From an uncultured Pseudomonadota bacterium (GTDB lineage: Bacteria; Myxococcota_A; Polyangia; Fen-1088), in the NCBI GenBank assembly GCA_963847705.1, contig CAWKBC010000014.1, positions 192,001-256,000 of the forward strand: a stretch of DNA of 64,000 nt. The letters are read 5' to 3'. Positions 37,204-46,934 of the stretch are shown piece by piece; within the stretch, counting starts at the first letter, position 1; the number at the start of each line of letters is the position of its first letter. Made by a program: the position numbers and the translations under genes. A model generated the notes under the pieces. That model was not told where the DNA came from. It saw only the letters and a program-made list of their open reading frames with translations, and made no database searches.

Positions 37204-39945
37204 ATGGGCACAACCGTGAGCGGATCGTCCGGAGAACAGAGGCCAAGCAACGCCGCGCCGTCGCGGCCAGTCAATTGGTGCTGCCCCCATGTTCGATGGC
37301 GCCGATGTTCAACGTCGATTGCGATGATGATCGCGCTGGCCCAGATCTCTCGCGCGTCGGCGGCGGACGCGCCGGCGGCCTTCAAGCCGCCACGCCTGAT
37401 TCATTTCGCGGAAGCGGTCCTTCCGCCGGCTCCGGCCGCGCGGCGTGAGGGAGAGGTCGTCCTCTCGATCGACGTGGACGAGACGGGCAAGGTCGGCGCG
37501 GTCGAGGTGACCAAGCCCGCGGGCGGCGAAGGCGGCGAGGTGCTCGACCGGGCGGCCGCCGCGGCAGCTCGCCAATTTGTTTTCGCGCCGGGAGAGGCCG
37601 ACGGACATCCGGTTCCGGTGCGAATTACGTATAGCTATCGTTTCGTGCTCAAGCCCGATCTGCGTCCACTGCCTCCTGCAGCCCCCAACGGGGGGCCGTC
37701 TCCGCACGGCCCGGCCGTCCCGCTGTCGGGGCTGGTGCGCCGGCGCGGCGATCGCACGGCCGTCGCTGGCGCGGTCGCGCTGGTCTCGGTCGCGCCGGGG
37801 GACGAGCGGCGGGCCGTCACCGACGGGCAGGGACGATTCTCCTTCGCCGCGCTCCCCGTGGGCGAGCACAAGCTGGCGCTGCGGGGCGCGGCGATACTCC
37901 CCGTCGACATCACCGTCGCGCTGCACGAAGGGAAGTCCACCGAGCTCAGCCTGTTCGTCGACGTCAAGGAGCGCTACGCCTCCACCGTGCGGGGACAGCG
38001 GGCCGTCGTCGAGACGGTCGAGCAGACCCTCACCACCGCGGAGATCCAGCGCATCCCTGGCACCCAGGGCGACACGCTGAAGGCTGTCCAGAACCTCCCC
38101 GGTGTCGCGCGTGCGCCGTTCGGGATCGGCCTCTTGCCGGTCTGGGGCTCCGCGCCGGCCGACACGCGCGTCTACATCGACGGCGTGAACGTGCCCGTCC
38201 TCTACCACTTCGGCGGCCTCCGCTCGACCGTGAACAGCGAGATGATCGCGGGGCTCACCTTCGTCCCCGGCGGCTATCAGGCCGACCATGGGCTGGGCCT
38301 CGGCGGGATCGTCGACGTCGACACCCGCCGGCCTCGCACCGACGGGCTGCACGGCTACGCGCAGATGGACCTGCTCGACGGCTCGCTCATGCTCGAAGGT
38401 CCGATCAGCAAGACGCTGTCGTTCGCGGTGGCCGGGCGGCGGAGCTGGATCGACGTCACCTTGCCGCTCTTCACCACCAGCACCTTTCAGCTCTCACCGG
38501 TCTACTACGACTATCAGGCGCGCCTCTCCTGGCGCCCCTCCGGGCGGGACGTGGTCGACCTGTTCTTGTTTGGTTCGGACGACCGACTCAGCCTGCTGGC
38601 GCGGGTCAAGAACGACGCCCTCGACGCCGCCGTCGACTCGCACACCTTCTTTCACCGGGCCGTCCTCAGCTGGGCGCACCGGTTCGATCGCGGGCGGACG
38701 CTCTCGGTCACCTCGTCGGTCGGCTACGACGCCCCCTTCGGGCTGGGAGTGGCGTTCGGCCAGACGCCGAGCTCGCTCGACGAGCGCGCCTTCGCTTACG
38801 CCACGCGCGCTGTCGGCCGCTGGCCGATCACCAGCACGCTGCGGCTCGACGGAGGCGTCGACTTCGAAGGAAATCGCTGGCAGGTCGACCGCGCCGGCTC
38901 GCCCGCGATGGTCACCGATCTGGTGGGCGGCACCGGCGCCGGGGGCCTGGGCGCCAACGGCGGTTTCAGCGGCGCGGGCAGCGGCTACGCCATCGACAAC
39001 CTGACGCTCTACACCAACAACGTGGCGCCGTTCGTGACCGCAACGCTGACCTTCTTCGATCACCGCCTCACCGTCACCCCGCAATTTCGGCTGCAGGTCA
39101 TGACCTTCGCCGGCTACCAGGGGATGCCGGCGTCGTTCGCCCGGGGGTTCGTCTCGCCCGAGCCGCGCCTGGCGCTGCGCTATCAGCTCACCCCGCGCGT
39201 GGCGCTCAAAGGCGCCGTGGGTCTCTACGCTCAGCCACCGGATCCGACGGCGTTCTCGCGCGACTTCGGCAATCCGAACGTCGTCCCCGAGCGGGGCACG
39301 CAGTATGTCGTCGGCGCCGAAGGCGAGCTTCTGCCTGGCCTGACCGCCGAGATCGCCCTGTTCTGGAAGAACCTGCGCGATCTGGTGGTCGCGGGAGAAA
39401 ACCCCGGCGACCCGCTGCTGGTCAACGACGGCCTCGGGCGCGCCTACGGCGGCGAGATCCTCATTCGCCAGAACCTGGGCAAGCGCCTCTTCGGCTGGCT
39501 GGCCTACACCCTGTCGCGGAGCGAACGGAAGGACCATCCGGATCAGAGCTGGTATCCGTTCGAGTTCGACCAGACGAACATCCTCACCGCGATGCTCAGC
39601 TACTTCCTGCCGCGGGGGTTCGAGGTGGGCGCCCGCTATCGCTACGTGACCGGGGATCCCTACACCCCGGTGACCGGATCGTTCTACGACTCGGTCTCCA
39701 ACAGCTACACGCCGCTCGCCGGCCCCACGAACAGCGCGCGCCTCGGTCCCTTCAGCCAGCTCGACCTGCGCGTCGACAAGGTCTTCACCTTTGACCGCTG
39801 GCGCCTCTCATTCTACCTCGACGTTCAGAACGTGCTGCGCGCCGACAACCCGGAGGCGGTCGGCTACAACTTCAACTACACGATCGCGCATCCCATCACG
39901 GGCTTGCCGTTGCTGCCGATTCTGGGGATCCGGGGGGACTTCTGA
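37204..39945 (+). CDS. TonB-dependent receptor with N-terminal TonB_C and carboxypeptidase-regulatory-like domains
   Basis: TonB_C (VVLSIDVDETGKV...FAPG), plug (VQNLPGV, YIDGV..P..YHFGG), terminal GIRGDF. Start is uncertain. Confidence 0.88.
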   Translation: MGTTVSGSSGEQRPSNAAPSRPVNWCCPHVRWRRCSTSIAMMIALAQISRASAADAPAAFKPPRLIHFAEAVLPPAPAARREGEVVLSIDVDETGKVGAVEVTKPAGGEGGEVLDRAAAAAARQFVFAPGEADGHPVPVRITYSYRFVLKPDLRPLPPAAPNGGPSPHGPAVPLSGLVRRRGDRTAVAGAVALVSVAPGDERRAVTDGQGRFSFAALPVGEHKLALRGAAILPVDITVALHEGKSTELSLFVDVKERYASTVRGQRAVVETVEQTLTTAEIQRIPGTQGDTLKAVQNLPGVARAPFGIGLLPVWGSAPADTRVYIDGVNVPVLYHFGGLRSTVNSEMIAGLTFVPGGYQADHGLGLGGIVDVDTRRPRTDGLHGYAQMDLLDGSLMLEGPISKTLSFAVAGRRSWIDVTLPLFTTSTFQLSPVYYDYQARLSWRPSGRDVVDLFLFGSDDRLSLLARVKNDALDAAVDSHTFFHRAVLSWAHRFDRGRTLSVTSSVGYDAPFGLGVAFGQTPSSLDERAFAYATRAVGRWPITSTLRLDGGVDFEGNRWQVDRAGSPAMVTDLVGGTGAGGLGANGGFSGAGSGYAIDNLTLYTNNVAPFVTATLTFFDHRLTVTPQFRLQVMTFAGYQGMPASFARGFVSPEPRLALRYQLTPRVALKGAVGLYAQPPDPTAFSRDFGNPNVVPERGTQYVVGAEGELLPGLTAEIALFWKNLRDLVVAGENPGDPLLVNDGLGRAYGGEILIRQNLGKRLFGWLAYTLSRSERKDHPDQSWYPFEFDQTNILTAMLSYFLPRGFEVGARYRYVTGDPYTPVTGSFYDSVSNSYTPLAGPTNSARLGPFSQLDLRVDKVFTFDRWRLSFYLDVQNVLRADNPEAVGYNFNYTIAHPITGLPLLPILGIRGDF

Positions 39946-40787
39946 TGTCGCCGTCGCGGATTCTGGTTTCTGTGTGGGGCGCCGGCTGCCTCCTCTTCGG
40001 GCTCGGCGGATGCCAGAGCTTTTCCGATCCACCGGTCAGCTTCGTCGCCGGGCTGCGGGTGCTGGGCATCAAGGCCGAGCCACCGCAGATCGCCCCGAGT
40101 GCGAGCACGACGGTGACCGCGCTGGTGGTCGACACCGACGGCGGAACGCCCGCTGCTTCCTGGAGCCAGTGCCTCCTGCCGCCGTTGCCAGGGCAGACGG
40201 TCAACACCGACTGCGTCGAGGGGTTGGCGGGGGCGGAGCTGCAGCCGATCGGCGACGGTCTGACGATCCCCTTCGTGATGCCGGAGGTGACCGCTGCCTC
40301 GCTGGGCACCCCCGACGCGACCGGCGGCGTCTATCTGCCGCTGGTGGCGGCGGTCAACGCGAGTTCGCAGGCGCTCACCGCCGTCTACCGGCTGCGCTTC
40401 GCCGACGCGACACCGGCCAACACCAATCCCACCATCGCCGACGTCTTCTCCGTCGACGCGGCCGGCACGATGTCGGCGCTCGACACGTCGGCGCCGACGG
40501 CGGTGCACTCCGGCGGAGCGCTCAGCCTGACGGTGACCTTCACGCCCGGCAGCGCCCAGAGCTACGTCGCCCCCGACGGGACGTTGACGACCGAAACGCT
40601 CACCACCTCGTGGTTCTGCACCGCCGGCGATCTGAGCTTCGAGAAGACCAGCGCGACCCAGCCGGTCACCGTGCTGCACCTCGATCAGCGCTTGCCGTCG
40701 TCCGGCGCGCAGATCGATCTCTACGCCGTCGCCCACGATGAACGCGGCGGCACCGACTTCGCACATCGCACCCTGCTGCTCCAGTAA
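39945..40787 (+). CDS. Lipoprotein associated with the TonB receptor
   Basis: LGGC lipobox, RVLGIKAEPP, DERGG. TGATG overlap with the receptor gene. Confidence 0.75.
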   Translation: MSPSRILVSVWGAGCLLFGLGGCQSFSDPPVSFVAGLRVLGIKAEPPQIAPSASTTVTALVVDTDGGTPAASWSQCLLPPLPGQTVNTDCVEGLAGAELQPIGDGLTIPFVMPEVTAASLGTPDATGGVYLPLVAAVNASSQALTAVYRLRFADATPANTNPTIADVFSVDAAGTMSALDTSAPTAVHSGGALSLTVTFTPGSAQSYVAPDGTLTTETLTTSWFCTAGDLSFEKTSATQPVTVLHLDQRLPSSGAQIDLYAVAHDERGGTDFAHRTLLLQ

Positions 40788-40810
40788 GAAAGGAAAAGGA
40801 AGTAACGAAG

Positions 40811-41422
40811 ATGGATGTTTCGGGAAGGTTCCTCGCGTTCACGCTGCACGGCGCCGGATGGGTGCTCTGGCTGCTGATCGCTCTCAGCGTCATCAGCATG
40901 GCCGTGATGCTCGAACGGCTCTGGTATTTTCGAGCTCACCGGGTCTGCCGGCGCGATCTGGCGGCGGAGATTCGGAGGCTGCTTCGGGAGTGCGACGATC
41001 GCGAGGAGGTCGGACCAGCCGCGCCGCTGGAGATGACGGCCGCGATCGAGGGAGCCAAGACGCGCGAGCGCCTGCGGCTCGAGCGGCGACTGCCCTTCCT
41101 GGCCACACTCGGCTCCAACGGCCCGTTCGTCGGTCTCTTCGGGACGGTGCTGGGGATCATCAAGGCCTTTCACGATCTGGCGGGCACCCAGGGGACGGCC
41201 GGCGCGGGCGCCTCGACCGTGATGGCGGGGATCTCGGAGGCGCTGGTGGCCACGGCGATCGGTCTCTTGGTCGCCATCCCCGCTGTCGTCGCCTTCAACT
41301 ACTTCAGCCGCCGGGTCCGGGTGCGGATGGCGGAGGTCGACTGGATGGCGCACCTGGCGGCAGAGGACGTCCAGGCCGGCTGGGCGCGGACCGACGAATT
41401 GCCCTTGCGGCGGAGCGCCTGA
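40811..41422 (+). CDS. exbB: MotA/TolQ/ExbB proton channel protein
   Basis: LATLGSNGPFVGLFGTVLGII and GISEALVATAIGLLVAIPA. Confidence 0.88.
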   Translation: MDVSGRFLAFTLHGAGWVLWLLIALSVISMAVMLERLWYFRAHRVCRRDLAAEIRRLLRECDDREEVGPAAPLEMTAAIEGAKTRERLRLERRLPFLATLGSNGPFVGLFGTVLGIIKAFHDLAGTQGTAGAGASTVMAGISEALVATAIGLLVAIPAVVAFNYFSRRVRVRMAEVDWMAHLAAEDVQAGWARTDELPLRRSA

Positions 41423-41865
41423 TGGCGGCCGGAGGTCCCGATCGCGACGACGGGTGCGGGGGCAGCGGTGGGATGTTCGCCGCCATCAACGTCACCCCGA
41501 TGGTCGACGTGACGCTGGTGCTGCTGGTCATCTTCATGGTGGCCGCGCCGCTCATCGTCGCCAACCCGTCGATCAAGGTGGCGCTCCCCAAGGCGACGAC
41601 CGCCGACGAGACCAAGCGCTCCACGCTGGCCCTCACGCTGGAGCGCGAATCAGCCGGTGGCTACAAGCTCTACCGCGACGGCCAACCGACCGATGAGCGG
41701 GCCGTGCGGGCGCTGGTGCCCGGATTGTTGAAGAGCGATCCCGAGCTGCAGGCGATCGTCGCGGCGGATCGGGGGATCGCCTACGGCGACGTCATGCACG
41801 TGGTCGACGTCATCAAGGCGCTCGGCGTGACGAAGTTCGCGCTCAACACGCAGTCGGGTCCGTAG
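41422..41865 (+). CDS. exbD: ExbD/TolR biopolymer transport protein
   Basis: INVTPMVDVTLVLLVIFMV and AADRGIAYGDVMHVVD. Confidence 0.9.
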   Translation: MAAGGPDRDDGCGGSGGMFAAINVTPMVDVTLVLLVIFMVAAPLIVANPSIKVALPKATTADETKRSTLALTLERESAGGYKLYRDGQPTDERAVRALVPGLLKSDPELQAIVAADRGIAYGDVMHVVDVIKALGVTKFALNTQSGP

Positions 41866-41869
41866 GGAG

Positions 41870-42661
41870 TTGTCGGTGTCTCGCCGGGCCGATCTGGTCA
41901 CCCTGGTGGTGGCGGTCGTCGTTCATGTCGGCTTCGCGGTCGCGATCGCGCGCGAGCATGTCGGCAAGCGGCCCGCCACCAGCACGGTCGAGCTGGACTT
42001 CACGAAGCCAGCGCCGCCGCTCGCTGCCGCCCATCCGCCGGCGGGGGCCGGGCCGTCGCACGCGGCTGCCGCCGTATCGAAGCCCCGGCGCCAGCTGGCG
42101 CTGCGCGCCCGACCCGCGCCCGCGAGCCACCCGGCTCCGGAGGCGGCCCCACCGGCGGCTGCGCCGACGCCGACGCCGCAAAAGCCGGTCTTCGCCGTGT
42201 CGATGGCGTCGACGAGCGAGATCGCCACGGGGGTCGCGGTTCCCTCGGGCGGGACCGCGGCGGCCGGCTCGCCCCGACCGGGAGGCGCAGCGACGGGGCG
42301 CGCGGGCGGGACCGGGACCGGAGCCTCCGGTGACGGCGAGGGCGCCTACCAGCCGGCGTCGGAGTCGGACGTTGCCACCATGCCGGAGGTCGACACCGAT
42401 GCTTGCGGCAGGAGCATCGCCTACCCGGACGAGGCCACGCAGGCGGGGATCGAAGGGGACGTCCGCCTGCGCGTCGCGCTCACTCCCGAGGGGCACGTCT
42501 ACGCGGTCCACGTCCTCTCGGGACTCGGGCACGGGCTCGACCGCGCCGCCACCGAGGCGCTCAAGCACCGCTGCCGCTTCTCGCCGGCCATCGGCAAGGG
42601 CGGAAAGCCCGTGGCCTTCGTGATCCAGTCCTACACGTTCCACTTTCAACTTCCGCGCTGA
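41870..42661 (+). CDS. tonB: TonB energy transducer
   Basis: N-terminal TM helix with His, Pro/Ala linker, YPDEATQAGIEGDVRL...FSPA. Confidence 0.85.
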   Translation: MSVSRRADLVTLVVAVVVHVGFAVAIAREHVGKRPATSTVELDFTKPAPPLAAAHPPAGAGPSHAAAAVSKPRRQLALRARPAPASHPAPEAAPPAAAPTPTPQKPVFAVSMASTSEIATGVAVPSGGTAAAGSPRPGGAATGRAGGTGTGASGDGEGAYQPASESDVATMPEVDTDACGRSIAYPDEATQAGIEGDVRLRVALTPEGHVYAVHVLSGLGHGLDRAATEALKHRCRFSPAIGKGGKPVAFVIQSYTFHFQLPR

Positions 42662-42820
42662 GCGGCGAGCGTGTTCGTCGACTCGGCGACGGACTTGACC
42701 TGATGTGCAGCTCGACGCTCCGCGCGGAGATCGAAGCAGAGCGCGGGCGGCGCCTCGATTTCGTTCCGGCGCGCGGATGACGGTCATCGCGCGACGAGCA
42801 CATCGCGACGGGCTCGCCCC

Positions 42821-42851
42821 CGTCGCCGAAGGGCCCGAGCCTTCGGCGACG
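42821..42851. terminator. Hairpin between convergent genes
   Basis: CGTCGCCGAAGG-N7-CCTTCGGCGACG, a perfect 12-bp stem. Confidence 0.6.
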
Positions 42852-42862
42852 CTGTTCGACTG

Positions 42863-44830
42863 CTACTGGAAGGTGATGTTGGAGACGTACTGGTTGATGT
42901 CCCAGGTCGCGTCGGTGTCGGTCTTGCTGGTCACCGCGTTGCCCTGAACCGTGAAGCCGCTGAAATGGACCCCGTTGACGTTCACGGTTGAATTCAGCCC
43001 ATGTAGCTGAATCGTCTGCTTGACGTTGGCGGACACGTTCGTGAAGTAGGTGTCCTTGGCGATGGACGTGTTGGGAGCCACGCGCCAGGTCGGCGCCTGA
43101 TCTTCTTCGATGTCGATCAGCATGCTGTCGGCGGCCTCGATCCTGATGTTTTCGAACGTGGTGCCCGAAATCAACGCCGTGTCATTGGCGTCGATGGCCA
43201 GCGCGCGTCCGGCCTTCACGATGTCGATGTCGTTGAACACGATCCCGGTCATGGTCGGGTTCGTCGTGGTTCCGAAGGTCTTCGTGCCGATCTTGCAGCC
43301 GCCCGAGTTGCTGTAGAGCACCGACTTCTGATACGTGATGTTCGAGCTGTTCATGTTCGCCTCTTGCTCGGTCTTGGGCGACAAGTTGTCGTCCCCGCTG
43401 TAGACGAACGTGTTGAAGACGGTGCAATTGTTGGACGCGTCGATGTCGATGCCGTCCGTCTGGTTGTAGGTCGTCGTGGTGGGCCGGCGGTTGATCACCT
43501 TGTAGTTCTGGATCGTGACCTGCGAGCTCATGTAGGCGAGCGTGTTCCAGAAGACCGGGTCCCGGACCAGGATCCCGTCGACCGTCACCTTGGTGCTCGA
43601 GTCGATTCTGAGCACGTTGATCTTGAAGGCCGGCGTGTCGTTGCTGCCGGCGTTGATCTTGGTCCCCTCGCCGTCGATCACCCCGCGGCCGAGGATGTTG
43701 GTGTTGGTGACATTGTAGAGGTGGACCACCCCGTGCTGGGTGCTCTCGACCGCCGGCGTGCCGGTCACCGCGTAGTCTGACGTGCTGGTCGAACCGTCGA
43801 GGATGGCGCCCGCAGCGAGGTACAAGGTCATGTTGCTCTTCAGGGAGAGCTCGCCGGTCTTGTACCGACCCGGCGGGACGTAAAGGATGTTCTGCGTTGC
43901 CCCGGAGGCGGCGTTGATCGCAGACTGAATCTTCGAGGTCACGACAGTCCCGCCCGTGTTGTCGACGGTGTAATCCGCGAGATTCTTCACGTTGGCGTCG
44001 CCCAGCTTGGGCGGATTCGTCTCCTGGGCATCGATGAGAATGAACAGCAGATCCTGATTGGGGATCTGCAAGATCAGGTAGTTGGGGCCGCTGGTGAATG
44101 TGAGGGTGTTGCCGCTCTTCGTCACGGCGATATTTTGGCTCTTGGGGCTCAGCGTATAAGAGGAGAAACTCGAGCTGAGGGTCACGGCCACGGTCGCCGT
44201 GCATCCGGTCGCCACCGCGAAGTTGGCGTAGTGCACCTGCATCTCCGGGGAGAACTTGGTCAGCTTCTCCACGAACTGTGAGGCGCCGTTGGCCGTCACC
44301 GTGTAAAGCGGGCTCACCGTCGCGCCGGGCAAGGTCGGATAGGTCGTGACGGCGCCAGCCGACGAACAGCTCACAGTCGCGCCCCCCGCCCCGCCGGTGC
44401 CGATCGCGCCGCCGGTCGCCGAAGAGCCGGCCACGCCGCTGTTGCCGCCGGTGTGCGTGGCTCCGCCCATCCCGCCGGTCGCCGAGGTCCCGCCCGTTCC
44501 GGTGGCTCCACCGGTGGCAGATCCGCCGCTTCCCCCAGTCGCCGAGGCTCCGCCTGTTCCGGTGGTCCCGCCCGTGTGGGTGGCTCCGCCAGCTCCTCCG
44601 GTCGATACGGCTCCGCCCGTTCCGGTGGTCCCGCCCGTCTGCGTGGCTCCGCCGGTTCCCGAGGAAGTGCCGCCTGTGCCGGTCGTCCCGCCCGTCTGCG
44701 CGGTGGTTCCGCCGGTCCCGACGCCGCCGCCGGTCCCGTCTCCAGCGCCGGTCCCCGAAGAGCACCCGAATGCGCCCCCGAGCGAGAGCGTCGCAGCAAG
44801 ACCGAATGACACGAGCGATAGATGTCTCAT
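42863..44830 (-). CDS. Pectin-lyase-fold glycoside hydrolase lipoprotein (GH28-like)
   Basis: AFGC lipobox, GTGG tether, LYVPPGRY, GRGVIDGEG, NQTDGIDID, GDDN. Confidence 0.8.
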   Translation of the reverse strand: MRHLSLVSFGLAATLSLGGAFGCSSGTGAGDGTGGGVGTGGTTAQTGGTTGTGGTSSGTGGATQTGGTTGTGGAVSTGGAGGATHTGGTTGTGGASATGGSGGSATGGATGTGGTSATGGMGGATHTGGNSGVAGSSATGGAIGTGGAGGATVSCSSAGAVTTYPTLPGATVSPLYTVTANGASQFVEKLTKFSPEMQVHYANFAVATGCTATVAVTLSSSFSSYTLSPKSQNIAVTKSGNTLTFTSGPNYLILQIPNQDLLFILIDAQETNPPKLGDANVKNLADYTVDNTGGTVVTSKIQSAINAASGATQNILYVPPGRYKTGELSLKSNMTLYLAAGAILDGSTSTSDYAVTGTPAVESTQHGVVHLYNVTNTNILGRGVIDGEGTKINAGSNDTPAFKINVLRIDSSTKVTVDGILVRDPVFWNTLAYMSSQVTIQNYKVINRRPTTTTYNQTDGIDIDASNNCTVFNTFVYSGDDNLSPKTEQEANMNSSNITYQKSVLYSNSGGCKIGTKTFGTTTNPTMTGIVFNDIDIVKAGRALAIDANDTALISGTTFENIRIEAADSMLIDIEEDQAPTWRVAPNTSIAKDTYFTNVSANVKQTIQLHGLNSTVNVNGVHFSGFTVQGNAVTSKTDTDATWDINQYVSNITFQ

Positions 44831-45066
44831 CTTTTCTCCTTGAACCTCTCCGCCGAGCGCGCGAACCACCTTGGCGCGTTCCGTTCCAACAGCTCGGCCG
44901 TTTTGGCCGGCATTTCTCTCCGCCTCTATTCCCAGGCAGAGGGAAATGGATCCCCTCCCGGAAGGCCCGGGAGGCGACCCGCGCAAAAAGGCTCACGAGA
45001 CGCGAAAACAGTGACGCGCGGCGGCGAACGCGCGCTCGCGCCGCCTCTCGCGCGTACCCCTCCTGT

Positions 45067-46931
45067 TTACCGCTTGGGGGGGAGCAGATCGGTGATCGTG
45101 CCGTCGGCGATCTCGGCGGCGAAGAAGATCGTCTCGGAGAGCGTCGGGTGGGCGTGGATGGTGAGGCTCAGGTCCTCCGCGTCGGCGCCCATCTCGAGCG
45201 CCAGCACGGTCTCCGCGATCAGCTCGCCCGCGTTGATGCCGACGATGCCGGCGCCCAGGACCTGCTTGCTCTCCTTGGAGAAGAGGACCTTGGTGAGGCC
45301 TTCCTCGCGCCCCATGCCGAGCGCGCGGCCGCTGGCGCCCCAGTTGAACACCGCCTTGTCGTAGGCGATCGCCTTTGGCCTTCGCCTCGGTCTCGGTCAG
45401 CCCCATCCAGGCGACCTCGGGATCGGTGTAGGCCACGCTGGGGATCGTGCGGGCCTCCCAGACGTGGTGGCTCATCCCGGCGATCACCTCGGCGGCCAGC
45501 TTCGCCTCGTGGGTCGCCTTGTGGGCCAGCATCGGATCGCCGACGATGTCGCCGATGGCGAAGATGTGCGGCACGTTGGTGCGCATCTGGTTGTCGACGG
45601 GGATGAAGCCGCGCTCGTTGACGTTCACGCCGGCCTTGTCGGCGGCGATGTTCTTTCCGTTCGGGCGGCGCCCCACGGCCAGCAGCACGCGATCGTAGAT
45701 CTCGGGCGCCGGCGGGGGTGACTGCGGCGTCGGCGCTCTCGAAGGTGGCGCGCATCCCCTCGGGCAGCGCCTCCAGCTTCGAGACCTTGGTCTTCAGCAA
45801 GATCTTCTCGTAGCGCTTCTCGATGCGGCGCGAGAGCGGACGCACGATGTCGGGATCGGCGGTGGCGATCAGGCGGTCGAGGAACTCGACCACCGTGACC
45901 TTGGCGCCGAGCGCGTCGTACACGGTGGCCATCTCCAGGCCGATGATGCCGCCGCCGATGATCAAGAGGCGCTTCGGGACCTCGGTCAGCTCGAGCGCGC
46001 CGGTGGAATCCATCAGCCGCTTGTCGTCGTAGGGAAAGCCGGGGATGCGAGCCGACTGCGATCCGGCGGCGATGATGCAGTGGTCGAACGAGACCGTCTT
46101 GATGCCGTCCTTGGTCTCCACCGCCAGCAGATGCGGCGACGCGAACTGGCCCCGCCCCTCGACGACGGTCACCTTGCGCGCCTTGGCCAGGACGCCGAGG
46201 CCGCTGGTCAGCTTGGTGACGACGCCGTCCTTGAACTTGCGCAGCCCCTCGAGATCGATCTTCGGTTTGCCGAACGACAGCCCGAGGTGGCTCCCCTCAT
46301 CCGCGTCGGTGATCACCTTGGCGGCGTGCAGCAGCGCCTTCGACGGGATGCAACCGACGTTCAGGCAGACGCCGCCGATGCGCGGGTAGCGCTCGACCAG
46401 GACGACCTTCTTGCCGAGATCCGCGGCGCGAAACGCGGCGGTGTAACCGCCGGGACCGGAGCCGAGCACCAGCACGTCAGCGTGAAAGGTCGCGTCGGGG
46501 TGCTTCGCGGCGCCCGTCCCCGGCGCCACCGCCGGGGCGGACGTCGCTCCAGCCGCATGGGCAGGTGCTGGTGGAGCTGCGGGCTTGGCAGGAGCGGCGG
46601 ACGGCGCGGCCGCGGCCGGCGATTCCTTCTGGCCCGAGCTGGCGGGTGGGCCGCTCTCGGGCTTGGGCGCCGGAGCCGACGCCGCGGCGGCATCCGCCAC
46701 CTCGAGCGTCACGATGATGGAGCCCTTCGAGACCCGATCGCCGATCTTCACCTTCAGCTCTTTGATCGTCCCGGGCATCGGCGCGGGGACCTCGACGGTC
46801 GCCTTGTCCGACTCGAGTGTGACGAGCGCGGCGTCCTTGGCGACGACGTCGCCCGGCTTCACGAAGATCTCGATGACCGGGATGTTCTTGAAGTCCCCGA
46901 TGTCGGGGACGGGAATCTCGCGGGTGGCCAT
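45067..46931 (-). CDS. lpdA: Dihydrolipoamide dehydrogenase with N-terminal lipoyl domain (two frameshifts, near 45716 and 45370)
   Basis: ESDKAT, GSGPGG, CLNVGC, GGGIIG, then HAHPTLSE in later frames. Confidence 0.93.
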
Positions 46932-46934
46932 GGG

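Noticed and set aside
45067-46931. lpdA pseudogene or programmed frameshift
   Set aside because: All catalytic motifs are intact, there are no canonical slippery heptamers, and similar indels occur elsewhere, so sequencing error is more likely.
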